Origin: Eledone cirrhosa
Taxonomy: Eukaryota
Direction of reading: 5' to 3'
Length of the DNA: 64,000 nucleotides
NCBI GenBank assembly: GCA_964016885.1
Contig: OZ024752.1
Location: 46,190,001-46,254,000 of the forward strand
Position numbers and translations under genes: made by a program. Positions 29,070-41,422 of this stretch are shown one piece after another. Each line of letters starts with the position of its first letter. The first letter of the stretch is position 1. The notes below the pieces were generated by a model. It did not search any database, was not told the origin of the DNA, and saw only the letters and a list, made by a program, of their open reading frames with translations.

Positions 29070-30150
29070 ATACATACATATACAAGTATACACATACATA
29101 TACAAGTATATACATACATATACAAGTATATACATACATATACAAGTATATACATACATATACAAGTATATACATACATATACAAGTATACACATACATA
29201 TACAAGTATATACATACATATACAAGTATACACATACATATACAAGTATACACATACATATACAAGTATATACATACATATACAAGTATACACATACATA
29301 TACAAGTATACACATACATATACAAGTATATACATACATATACAAGTATACACATACATATACAAGTATATATATACATATACAAGTATACACATACATA
29401 TACAAGTATACACATACATATACAAGTATATACATACATATACAAGTATACACATACATATACAAGTATATACATACATATACAAGTATACACATACATA
29501 TACAAGTATATATATACATATACAAGTATATACATACATATACAAGTATACACATACATATACAAGTATACACATACATATACAAGTATATACATACATA
29601 TACAAGTATACACATACATATACAAGTATACACATACATATACAAGTATACACATACATATACAAGTATACACATACATATACAAGTATACACATACATA
29701 TACAAGTATACACATACATATACAAGTATATACATACATATACAAGTATACACATACATATACAAGTATATACATACATATACAAGTATACACATACATA
29801 TACAAGTATATACATACATATACAAGTATACACATACATATACAAGTATACACATACATATACAAGTATATACATACATATACAAGTATATACATACATA
29901 TACAAGTAAACACATACATATACAAGTATATACATACATATACAAGTATACACATACATATACAAGTATATATATACATATACAAGTATATACATACATA
30001 TACAAGTATATACATACATATACAAGTATACACATACATATACAAGTATATACATACATATACAAGTATATACATACATATACAAGTATACACATACATA
30101 TACAAGTATATACATACATATACAAGTATATACATATACAAGTATATACA
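29070..30150. repeat. 20-bp minisatellite tacaagtata(c/t)acatacata, about 54 units
   Basis: Direct reading; explains ORFs 28890-30632. Confidence 0.97.
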
Positions 30151-30774
30151 TACATATACATACATATATACACACACAACATATATACGTACATAAATAG
30201 AAACATACATACATATATGCATAAATGAAAACATACATACATATACACATATATATACATAAATACAAACATACATACACATACACGCATGTACACACAC
30301 ATACATAAATACAAACACACACATACATACACAAACATACATTCATATATATATATATACATACATATATACATACATACATATATATTTACAAAACGGG
30401 GGGGGGGTTGTAAATAGTAGTGGGGATTGGATAGTGTTGTTGTTGCTGTTGTTGCTAGTGGTGGTGGTGGTGGTGGTGGTGGAGGTGGGGGTGGTGGTGG
30501 TGGTGGGGACAGCAGTTTGTCGGGGGGGGGGGGGTAGATTAACTTGGAGAATGTGCCAACAAAAGCTGTAGCTCTTAACATCTTAACCCCCATCACCGCC
30601 TCACCCTCACACTGCCCCCCCCCCCCCCCCACACAAACTAAATAACCCTTGGTGTGGGGTGGGGTGGGGTGACGTGTGTGGGGGGCAGGGCTTCTCCCCC
30701 CCCCCCCCTCTGTCTAGATCAAGGTCAAACAATCATAATAATGTTTGTTTGTCTGGAATTATTCTGGTTCAGGA

Positions 30775-30870
30775 ATTCTGAGTTCAAATCCCGCCGAGGT
30801 TAACTTTGCCTTTCATCTTTAAGGGGTCGATAAAATAAAGTACCAGTAATGCACTGGGATCAATTTACTC
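30775..30870 (+). mobile_element. SINE S1 fragment
   Basis: ttctgagttcaaatcccgccgaggttaactttgcc...aagtaccagtaatgcactggga. Confidence 0.8.
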
Positions 30871-31008
30871 AGCTTTTCTCTCCATCCTTCTCACTCTCCC
30901 CCATCGCTATCTCTCTCTCACTCTCCGTCTCCCTCTCCCTTGCACTCCTCTCTCTTTTTCTCTCCATATTTCTCTCTCTCGCTCTCTCCATCTCTTCCTC
31001 ATTCTATA

Positions 31009-31040
<32 letters not shown>

Positions 31041-31314
31041 CCAATCTCCGTCTCTCTTGCTCTCTCATCCCCTTCACCCCCTCCCATTCTCCCCCCCCCC
31101 GGCCACCCTGTCCTTCTTCCAACACCAGCCCTGGTCTAATTACTCCCCAATTTGTCCCCCTCGTTACTGTACAGCAGTTGACTGACTTCATTATCTCATG
31201 TTAGGATATAACCACCTTGGAATCTAGGTTGAATAAGATATACTGCAGTAATCCGTGTCAACTTACCACAGCCTTTGTGTGTTGCTGCACGTGCATGCAC
31301 ACACATGCACGCTG

Positions 31315-31352
<38 letters not shown>

Positions 31353-31489
31353 CACACATGCATGCTGACATATATATATATATAGTAGTGGTAGCAGTAG
31401 TAGTAGTAGTAGTAGCAGTGGTGGTGGTGGTAGTAGCAGTAGTAGTAGTTGTGTTGTGAGTGGTCATAATAATAGTTTATTGGTGGTAT

Positions 31490-32840
31490 AATGTATATAT
31501 AATGTGTATATAATGTATATAGCACTGTATATAATGTGTATATAGCACTGTATATAATGTATATATAATGTATATATAGCAGTGTATATAATTTATATAT
31601 AATGTGTATATAGCAGTGTATATCATTTATATATAATGTGTATATAGCAGTGTATATAATTTATATATAATGTGTATATAGCAGTGTATATAATGTATAT
31701 ATAATGTGCATATAGCAGTGTATATAATTTATATATAATGTGTATATAGCAGTGTATATAATTTATATATAATGTGTATATAGCAGTGTATATAATGTAT
31801 ATATAATGTGTATATAATTTATATATAATGTGTATATAGCAGTGTATATAATTTATATATAATGTGTATATAGCACTGTATATAATGTGTATATAATGTG
31901 TATATAGCAGTGTATATAATTTATATATAATGTGTATATAGCAGTGTATATAATGTATATATAATGTGTATATAGCAGTGTATATAATTTATATATAATG
32001 TGTATATAGCAGTGTATATAATTTATATATAATGTGTATATAGCAGTGTATATCATTTATATATAATGTGTATATAACAGTGTATATCATTTATATATAA
32101 TGTGTATATAGCAGTGTATATAATGTATATATAGCAGTGTATATAATTTATATATAATGTGTATATAGCACTGTATATAATTTATATATAATGTGTATAT
32201 AGCAGTGTATATCATTTATATATAATGTGTATATAATTTATATATAATGTGTATATAGCAGTGTATATAATTTATATATAATGTGTATATAGCAGTGTAT
32301 ATAATGTATATATAATGTGTATATAGCAGTGTATATCATTTATATATAATGTGTATATAGCAGTGTATATCATTTATATATAATGTGTATATAACAGTGT
32401 ATATAATTTATATATAATGTGTATATAGTAGTGTATATCATTTATATATAATGTGTATATAGCAGTGTATATAATTTATATATAATGTGTATATAGCAAT
32501 GTATATAATAATCTACATAGTGTATATATATAATGGGAGTTGATGATATAATGTATATATAACAGTGTATATAACAGTATATATAGTGTAGACTTGATGA
32601 TATAATGTATATGTAACAGTGTATATATAAGAGTGTGTATAATGTATATATATAGTTTGTAGTTGATGACATAATGTATATTTAACAGTGTATATAATGT
32701 ATATTTAACAGTGTATATAATGTATATATAACAGCGTATATAATGTATATATAACAGCATATATAATGTATATATAACAGTGTATATAATGTATATATAA
32801 CAGCGTATATAATGTATATATAACAGTGTATATAATGTAT
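31490..32840. repeat. AT-rich minisatellite of about 32 bp (tatataatgtgtatatagcagtgtatataatt)
   Basis: Direct reading. Confidence 0.9.
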
Positions 32841-33017
32841 ATAGTGTGTAGTAGATTGTCTGCTGTTATTCAATAACACCAGCAGCTGTCTTAGCCATTA
32901 TTTCTTCTTCAATATAATGTTGGCTTCCATCTCGTGACAGCCACCAGTTTAGTGGCTACTGTCTTTCACGATCGTAAGGTTGTTACTTTAAATTCCAACT
33001 GTACATTGTCTCCTTAA

Positions 33018-33236
33018 CCCTTCACCATTCACATTACTCTACGTATACTATTATATTTTCATTGTAAAGGCTTTACCTCGCATAATTATCTCACAAAATA
33101 TCGAATCTATGAGATTTTGAAAGTATTTATTTTGAGAACAATACTTAACATCAGTTTGAGCGACCAGTTACAGCCAGTTTCAACAGAACAAGGTAGAGAA
33201 TTCTGGCCGGTTTTGGCCGGTTTGAACATTAAAGGG
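33018..33236 (+). mobile_element. piggyBac-type MITE (family 1) nested in a CORE-type SINE
   Basis: TTAA duplication at 33014-33017 and 33237-33240; CCCTT...AAGGG ends; the flanks rejoin as tgtctccTTAAgcaagatattttatttca. Confidence 0.85.
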
Positions 33237-33351
33237 TTAAGCAAGATATTTTATTTCATGTTGTATTTCTTCAAAATGGCCGACTGAATGGCTTTGTCCA
33301 TCCCTCTTCCCTCTTCTCTCTATCTTTCTAATTCATCTTTTATTTCTCATA

Positions 33352-33387
33352 TCTTCTGATGAAGGACTAGTGACCGAATCGTTAAGA
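33352..33387 (+). ncRNA. Minimal hammerhead-like motif of the Penelope-like-element type, probably mutated
   Basis: TCTT-CTGATGA-AGG-actagtga-CC-GAAT-CG-TTA-AGA: core box, short stem II, GAAA>GAAT, near-palindromic stem III, UUA site, stem I TCT/AGA. Confidence 0.5.
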
Positions 33388-33503
33388 CCTTTTCCTACCA
33401 TATCAAGCGTTAAACTTATATATTTCTTCATTGTACTGTGTTGTTTGCTTTGTTATATCTGTTTACTTTTTGGACACACACACACACACACACATGCTTT
33501 TAA

Positions 33504-33715
33504 CCCTTTAGCATTTACATTACTCTATATATATACTATTATATTTTCATGGTAAAGGCTTTACCTCACATAATTATCTCACATAATATTGAATCTCTGA
33601 GATTTTGATATCATTTATTTTGACAACAATACCTTAACATCAGTATGAGTGGCTGGTTAGAGATGGTTTCAACAGAAAGAGGTAGAGAATTCTGGCCGGT
33701 TTAAATGCTAAAGGG
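33504..33715 (+). mobile_element. piggyBac-type MITE (family 1)
   Basis: TTAA TSD and perfect 14-bp TIR CCCTTTAGCATTTA/TAAATGCTAAAGGG. Confidence 0.9.
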
Positions 33716-33930
33716 TTAATCAATATGCGATGGTCCAGGTTGGTTCTCAACCTTTCTCTATTTATCGTTGTTGTGGTTATATGTATGGCCACTGCATTCA
33801 TGTCAACCTTTATAACTGCTGTGTTTACTCTAGACAGTAATGTATAAACATATCGCGCTCTATTGAGTGCTTCGTGATTGCCTCAAACACCTCGATTAGT
33901 CCCTGCTATATGGCACACATATATATATAT

Positions 33931-34069
33931 AACAAAGGAAGTGTGGTAAGGAACCAGATGGACCATAACGCACCAGAGTACTCAATACTTAGGGTAGTAG
34001 TGTGGGAAATAGGAAAAAGTATGACCCCGGCAGCAGAGCTCAAGCCGTTTTGACGGGGTCATACTTTTT

Positions 34070-34074
<5 letters not shown>
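33931..34074. mobile_element. TA-inserted Penelope-like/retrozyme-like fragment, copy A, with terminal hairpin
   Basis: Shares the gtggtaaggaaccag..gaccataacgcacc..gtactcaatactt block with the other copies; 21-bp perfect stem 34009-34029/34054-34074; flanked by (TA)n. Confidence 0.6.
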
Positions 34075-34108
<34 letters not shown>

Positions 34109-34112
<4 letters not shown>

Positions 34113-34267
34113 AGATCTTCCTGTTTCGACAGCTAGATCTGAAACAGCTGGAGCTCAGCCGTCGGGGCCCTGAGTCTTTTCAAATTACCCACTCTACTAC
34201 CCCAAGTATTGAGTACTCTGGTGCGTTATGGTCTCCCTGGTATTTTACCAAACCTGCAAACCCTTTC
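34109..34267 (+). mobile_element. Same family, copy B (hammerhead 3' half plus tail)
   Basis: gaaacagctggagctcagccgtcgggg followed by ttacccactctactaccccaagtattgagtactctggtgcgttatggtc, the reverse complement of the shared block. Confidence 0.55.
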
Positions 34268-34277
34268 TGATACATAC

Positions 34278-34309
<32 letters not shown>

Positions 34310-34334
34310 GTATATAAACATATATATATATATA

Positions 34335-34669
34335 CGAGGGCAATCCCAAAAGTAAGGTCTCCTTCCGATATTGCAACTTTTCCATTAAAATCTCGTGGAT
34401 TTTACACATGTTTTCCTCGAAAGGAGACCTTACTTTTGGGATTGCCCTCGTATATAATAACTGTGCGAAATTCACACTTGGCTGCGGTAGCGTTCAACGG
34501 GAGCTCCACTCTCAACGGCTGCCAAGCCAAGATTGAGCATCCCAGCGAAGCGCGCACAGCTTGTTGGGGAGTGAAGGAAGCACCAATCACAACAGTGTTG
34601 CCAACAGCCGTACGAACAGTTTCTCTGCGTCCCCATCGCTTTGGAGACCTTACTTTTGGGATTACCCTC

Positions 34670-34670
<1 letters not shown>
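34335..34670 (-). mobile_element. Internally deleted mariner-type DNA transposon with three TIR copies
   Basis: 28-bp TIR CGAGGGCAATCCCAAAAGTAAGGTCTCC at 34335-34362, inverted at 34423-34450 and 34643-34670; TA flanks; the minus strand encodes ELPLNATAAKCEFRTVI, like a mariner transposase N-terminus. Confidence 0.8.
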
Positions 34671-34717
<47 letters not shown>

Positions 34718-34719
<2 letters not shown>

Positions 34720-34889
34720 CGAAGGAAATGTGGTAAGGAACCAGGTGGACCATAACGCACCAAAGTACTCAATACTTGAGGTAGTAGAGTGGGTAATAGG
34801 AACCAGTAAGACCCCGACAGCTGAGCTCAAGCCAGAATTAGCCGTCGAAACGGCTTGAGCTCAGCTGTCGGGGTCTTACTGGTTCCTAT
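34718..34889. mobile_element. Same family, copy C, with a 38-bp perfect hairpin
   Basis: Stem 34796-34833/34852-34889; the loop and right arm carry tagccgtcGAAAcggct..agctGTCgggg; flanked by (TA)n. Confidence 0.6.
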
Positions 34890-35080
34890 ATATATATATA
34901 TATATATATAAACATATGTATATATATGAAATGCTGATCGTATATGTATATATATATATATAAACATATGTATGTATATATATGAAATGCTATTTGGGAA
35001 ATCAGTAACCCAGCTTCAGTACTGACTTGGTCTATGTAGACCTGTCCAACCCTTGCTAGCAGGGAAAGCGAATATTATAT

Positions 35081-35405
35081 TGGCAGTATCGGTAGAGGGT
35101 TGGACACCATGCTTTGTAGCATAGAGTTACGGCCCTTTATGCTCTGAATTCAAATCCTGCCGAGGTTAACTTTGATTTTCATCTTTATAGAGGTCGATAA
35201 AATAAAGTACCAGTAATACACTGAGATAATTGCTGGTCTTGTGCCGAAAGTAGAAACAATTATTATCAAAGTAGCAGTCAAAGTATTGGAGTCAATACAA
35301 TAAACTTTCCCTTCCCAAAATTGCTGGCATTTTGCAAATGTTAACAAAGTACCAGTAATGCACTGGGGTAATTGCTGGCCTTGTGCCGAAAGTAGAAACA
35401 ATTAT
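35081..35405 (+). mobile_element. SINE S1, full-length plus repeated tail, just upstream of a Caskin exon
   Basis: A-box tggcagtatcgg, B-box-like gaattcaaatcc, two ggccttgtgccgaaagtagaaacaatt-type tails. Confidence 0.85.
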
Positions 35406-35490
35406 ATATTAAAACTATGATAACGATGACGATGATGATGATGATGATAATAATAAACTAATTCTTGTTTTGTCTTTTTTCCATGTCCAG

Positions 35491-35697
35491 CCGATCCAAG
35501 CTCGAGTGATTGTCAACAACCAACTGGTTACTGACCATGTGGGAGACTGGCCAAATTTGCAACATAACCACTTCAATGGGGACATAAAAACAACGACAAA
35601 GGAGAGTCCAATTAATAGTAATCGCAATTCTTCAGCATCTACTGACAGTGGGCGTGGGGTGAGCACAGTACAGCTGGACACTGCTGTACCAATTAAG
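35491..35697 (+). CDS. caskin: Caskin-like gene, internal coding exon (linker upstream of the SAM domains; PIQARVIVNN...NRNSSASTDSGRG...AVPIK)
   Basis: Pyrimidine tract plus ccag acceptor ending at 35490 and AAG|gtgagt donor at 35698; 207 nt, open, phase 0-0; joins in frame to the next exon; Ser-rich NRNS..S..SG segment resembles the Caskin linker. Confidence 0.8.
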
Positions 35698-35766
35698 GTG
35701 AGTTGACCATTATAGTCATACTAATTTGTTTGTGGGTGGGGTGAGTGGAGTGGGGATCAGTCATTG

Positions 35767-35810
<44 letters not shown>

Positions 35811-35816
35811 CATCCA

Positions 35817-35847
<31 letters not shown>

Positions 35848-36646
35848 ACATCCACCTCTTTGTATCTCTCTCTCTCTCTCTCTCCATCCACCTCTTTGTA
35901 TCTATCTCTCTCTCTCTCTTCATCCTTTTGTCTCTTTCACTCTCTCCATCTCTTTCTCTACCTTCTATCTATCTCTCACATACACACCCTAACCCTAACC
36001 CTAACCTACCCGTCCCCCTCATTAATTTTGAACAGTGTACTATTAGAAAAACTGTTATATTCCTTTCATCTTCTGTCTGCCTGCCTGCCTGTCTGCCTGC
36101 CTGTATGTCTGTCCGGCTGTCAACTACTGGTATATAACCACTGAGAAAGTCTGCCAAACTAACCTGGTTTACTTTTAACATCCCTTCCCCCCCCCCCCCC
36201 CCACTGTTGTCTTCCCTTTCACCACCCTCTCTACCCCCCTCTCTCCTCCCCCTCTCTACCTCTCCCTCATTCTAACACCCGTCTATAATATCTCCTGTTG
36301 TTACTTTGTCTGAAATTGTTGTTGATATCGTTGACTCATTCATGATTCTGACCTCTAATTAAATACATGATTATTTCAATTAATTGAGGAAGAATTCAAT
36401 AGAGTTTCAATACAATACAATATAAAGTCAATACAGTATTCATTATTTCATTATTAAGATGGAATTTCTCACACATTAATTAATAAAGTTGTTTTTGTGT
36501 GATATTAGATTTTTTTTTAAATCTACAAATTACTGAGATTTAATAACAACTCTACAAATCCAAGATTGATAAAACTACAAACTCTTGTCTTCGTTTAACA
36601 AATGGTTTTTCTATTTAAAAAATATTTTTTGAAGTTTTGGATTTAA

Positions 36647-36872
36647 CCCTTTAGCATTTACATTACTCTATATATATATATTGTATTTTCATGGTAAAGG
36701 TTACATGAATTACATAATTATCTCACATAATATCGAATCTATATGACATTTTGATAGCATTTATTTTAAGAACAATACCTTAACGTCAGTATGAGCAGCT
36801 AGTTATGGCTGGTTTGAACAGAAAAAGGTGAGAGAATTCTGGCCGGATATGACTGGTTTAAATGCTAAAGGG
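36647..36872 (+). mobile_element. piggyBac-type MITE (family 1)
   Basis: TTAA TSD, same 14-bp TIR and same internal sequence. Confidence 0.9.
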
Positions 36873-37031
36873 TTAAATAGGAACGTTTTAAAATGGTTGA
36901 ATTTGTTCCATAGAATCAGAGAGAGTTTGGAATCAAAAGGGTCACTACTGCATTTAACTATAAACTAAGTAAACTATAACTTAGGGCCACACACACTTGA
37001 GGGCCTCATTTAAAAAAATATATTTCATATA

Positions 37032-37203
37032 CCATATTTCCCGGCACCGAAGACACTTTGTCCTTGATGACGCTCCCTAATTTTGACATCCAAAAATTTG
37101 AAAAAATAAAAATAACAAACAACCTTTGTCCTCCAGGACCCATGCTAGATTTTTGAGACTTATTTTAGGAAAAAAGTAGCGTCTTCGGCACCGAGAACTA
37201 CGG
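37032..37203 (+). mobile_element. Tc1/mariner superfamily (Tc2/pogo-like) MITE
   Basis: TA|CCATATTTCCCGGC...CTACGG|TA imperfect TIRs; homologous inverted copy at 56870-57038. Confidence 0.75.
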
Positions 37204-37366
37204 TAGTTATGGCTACAGCAGATGAAAGTCTGGCCCTGAAAATGGTTACCAGTTGCTGCTGCTAAAGTTGTTGTTGCCGTTGTTCACTGCTGCAGTTGCA
37301 GATTATCCATATATTGAAGTACTCTACTATAATGTTATTGTTTTTTCTTCTTTTTTTTTTTTGCAG

Positions 37367-37561
37367 AATCACCACAATTTTGTAAACATTCAAATCAAAG
37401 CGCAGCATCGGTTATCAGGGCAGAGTTACGAGTCGGGTGTGTCGTCTCGTCAGAGTTATCACAGTACGTCGAGCTCAAGTGTAGCAAGTCTTGACCAACT
37501 TGAAGAGGGCAGGTACTCAAGTCAAGCCAACGTGGCGGACCTTTTCAAAACTGGCCTTTCA
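37367..37561 (+). CDS. caskin: Caskin-like gene, internal coding exon (NHHNFVNIQ...SQANVADLFKTGLS)
   Basis: Poly-T ttgcag acceptor and gtaagt donor at 37562; 195 nt, phase 0-0; in frame with the SAM1 exon. Confidence 0.88.
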
Positions 37562-37754
37562 GTAAGTCCACTTTCATTTCTTTGAGACCCACCTCCCTAC
37601 TTACTACTATTTTCTGGGTGGTGGGAAACCTATTTATATATGCATATATATATATATATATACTTACACACATACTACTATTTTCTAGGTGGTGGGAAAC
37701 CTATTTATATATATATACTTACACACATACTACTATTTTCAGGGTGGAGGGAAA

Positions 37755-37813
<59 letters not shown>

Positions 37814-38010
37814 GCTGGTATGTCCTTAACATTACTGAAGGATCCTTCCAACTCTTTCTTTTGGTAATTAAATATGTGTCTTTTGTTGAAAGTTTGTTTC
37901 ATTAACCGACTCATAATTAGCAAGAAAGGGTTATGCCATAAACTGGGTATCTAGGAAATTATAAAGTCTCCATACATTGGACATCTGGTGAATTCTTAAG
38001 CCATCTAGAG

Positions 38011-38295
38011 ACTGGAGAGTTCCAGATCATAGACAAATTGTCTGGAAAGTTCCAGGTGATAGACAAGTTGTCTGGAGAGTTCCAGATCATAGACAAGTTG
38101 TCTGGAAAGTTCCAGGTGATAGACAAGTTGTCTGGAGAGTTCCAGATCATAGACAAGTTGTCTGGAAAGTTCCAGGTGATAGACAAGTTGTCTGGAGAGT
38201 TCCAGATCATAAACAAGTTGTCTGGAAAGTTCCAGGTGATAGACAAGTTGTCTGGAGAGTTCCAAAGTTGTAATTAGAAAGTCTGGAAAGTTCCA
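38011..38295. repeat. 30-bp minisatellite with strict A/B alternation (60-bp dimer)
   Basis: tctggaaagttccaggtgatagacaagttg alternates with tctggagagttccagatcatagacaagttg. Confidence 0.95.
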
Positions 38296-38611
38296 ATGTT
38301 GTAGACTAGAGAAAAGAAAGCTAGTAACTCTCTATTTTGTAGACTAGGAGGATAGAGAGCTGCAATTATCCCAAACTTTGGCAAAACAAAAAGGAAATTG
38401 ATTTAAAAATTGTTGCCATACGAGAGTCTTGTATATGTTTATTTCTTAATTTATATTGTTGCAGGATATATATTGATTGTGTGTAGTGTGTGTATATAAA
38501 TATATATATAGTGTATATACCTATACAATGTTACTTATATATTATTGGAGGATAGATATTGATTCTGTGTGGGTGTATATATATAAATAAATATGAATAT
38601 ACACACATACT

Positions 38612-38656
<45 letters not shown>

Positions 38657-38791
38657 CATCATCATCATCATACGTCCGCTTTTCCCTGCTATACACATAT
38701 ACTCACATACATATATATATATATATATGTACACATACAAACACTGGCACCCATTTTCAAGATACCATTGATTGTATGGGTTTAGACACAA

Positions 38792-38874
<83 letters not shown>

Positions 38875-39073
38875 TGTGTGTTATGGCAAGATATGATTGA
38901 TTATATGAATTTATATGCAAACACTCCGTGGTGTGTATGTGTGTATGTATATATATATATATATATTGCGTATATATATATTACGTATATATTGTTACAA
39001 GATAGCATTGATTGTACGTGTATTTCTATATATACACCCACACACATTTGTATTGGTATGTATATAAACAGAG

Positions 39074-39132
<59 letters not shown>

Positions 39133-39217
39133 CTCTCATATATATATGTATATATACACACACATATACATACATAAATGTATATATATATATATCTGAG
39201 GTAGACCATCGATGACT

Positions 39218-39290
<73 letters not shown>

Positions 39291-39439
39291 TATACATATA
39301 TATAAAACAAGGAAGTCAAGAATATTCGTGCAACATTTTAGGATCTAAATAGCCTTCACACAACATACACACAGATATACATTTATATACACACATATAC
39401 ATATATATACACACATACACATATATACACACATACACA

Positions 39440-40053
39440 CACATATGGTGGCTGCCAACTCGTTTTCGAGTACGGCCACTACTTTATATCCATGTAGGAG
39501 AACCCCTACCGATGCGCTGAACGAGTGTGACTTTTTAGTCGAGCCAGCGACTTGAAAACTCTGGTACAAACACTACACTTGTGACAATTACTGACACATA
39601 GTGCTGGGCCCATGGTACCATGTGACGACAAGTGCAGAGAGATCTCCAGATATAAAGCAATGCCTGTGCCGTGAAGCTTTTATAGTGAGCAAAGGCACTG
39701 CACAAAGCCAGTCCCACTCTCTTAACCAAGATGTTATTTACCAAAAAGAAGAACAAGTCAACATCATTGGATACCATCAGGGTTGCAGGTGTTATATCAG
39801 AGTTTTCCTTCTCCTAGAATTCTGCCTTGACAAAGGCTAAGGGGTCATCTCTCCCGGTGATTTTGGATGGCCATTGACTCTTAAGAGCTCCTTTGCCCTT
39901 TGACAGGTTTTGTTTTTAGTCCTGCAGGATGTCCAAGGTCACCCTCCTCACCAAGAAACCTTGGTGGGGTTGCCAGTTTAGTCGCCAACGACCCGACCAT
40001 GGGACAGGTTGTACTGGGATACATGTTACCAGTAGCACCAACTGGTGACTTGA
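39440..40053 (-). mobile_element. Probable RTE-type LINE 5' region remnant
   Basis: GC-richer unique block containing agagttttccttctcctaga..tgccttgacaaaggctaag, a motif I associate with RTE-clade 5' regions on the reverse strand; no ORF confirmed. Confidence 0.4.
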
Positions 40054-40827
40054 CATACATATATACCATATATACCATATATATATACACATACAGACAG
40101 ACATGCAGACACACGCACTATGTTAATCATGTAATAACCAATGTTATGTGGCACTACCATCACCCCACCACCACCACCGCCACCATCACCCCACCACCAC
40201 CACTGCCACCATCACCCCACCCCCACCACCACCATCACCCCACCACCACCACCACCATCACCCCACCACCACCATCACTTAGAAACAGCCGTCTCCATGC
40301 CAACAATGCAGAGCTTGCAGCAGATAATAGAACTCAGGTTGTTATTGCTGTGACTTTAAATCTAGTTATGATGATGATGATGATGCTAGTGGTGATGGTG
40401 GTGGTGGTGGAGGTGGCGGTTTTAGTGATGATGATGATGCTAGTGGTGATGGTGGTGGTGGTGGAGGTGTTAGTGATGATGATGCTAGTGGTGATGGTGG
40501 TGGTGGTGGAGGTGTTAGTGATGATGATGATGGTGATGGTGAGGATGCTAGTGGTGTTGGTGGTGGAGGTGATGGTGATGATGGTGGTGGTGTTGTTAGT
40601 GATGATGGTGATGGTGCTTGTTGATAGCTTTAATAATTGTAGTGGTGATGGTGGTGATGGTGGTGATGGTGGTGATGGTGATGGTGATGATGGTGATAGT
40701 GGTGTGGTGTTCGTGATGGTGATGGTGGTGATGTCGGTGTTCGTGATGGTGATGGTGGTGATGTCGGTGGTGGTGGTGGTGTTTTATTTATGTGTGTATT
40801 AGTGTGTAATATTGCCCAGTGAAGACA

Positions 40828-40937
40828 CTGAGTTTAATAGTTAAAGTGTTCAGTTCACACTTGTAAAGACCAGGAGTTCAGATCCCAGCTGTGTGTTGTG
40901 TCCTTGAGCAAGACACTTTATTTCACATTGCTCCAGT
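40828..40937 (+). mobile_element. CORE-type SINE head and core
   Basis: B-box gagttcagatccc followed by tgtgtccttgagcaagacactttatttcacattgctccagt. Confidence 0.7.
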
Positions 40938-41422
40938 GGCCCCTGTGTCCATATTACTGTACAGTGGGGTACAAATGGAATTCAGAGTTTGGTACCGTTT
41001 ACTTACTCAATTCTAACCTAAAATACAACAATACATGATAGCTACTACTGCTACTACTACTGCTGCTGCTACTACTACTACTATTACTACTACTACTACC
41101 ACCACTACTACCACCACTACTACCACTACTACTACTGTTACTGTGTGTAATATAACCACACACACACTGTCTGTCTCTCTCCCTCCCTCTCTCTGCCTCT
41201 CCCTCTCTCCCTCTCTCTGCCTCTCCCTCTCTCCCTCATTCTCTCACTGTCTCTCTCTCCCAGATAATGTTGTCTCCAACATCCAAGTTTACATTACATC
41301 ACATCTCCCTCCCCCTCCCTCCCATTCCCCCTCTCCCTCCTCATTAACATCATTAAGCTGGTTATACTGACAACACTTCACTAATTACTATAGCTGTTCT
41401 TCTCAAGTGCAGCATGACAGTT

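Noticed and set aside
35987-36005. Telomeric (CCCTAA)n
   Set aside because: Only about 3 units; too short to call an interstitial telomere.
37959-38277. Repeat-protein ORFs (WNFPDNLS..., LELSRQLVY...)
   Set aside because: 30/60-bp intronic minisatellite open in several frames; no splice sites.
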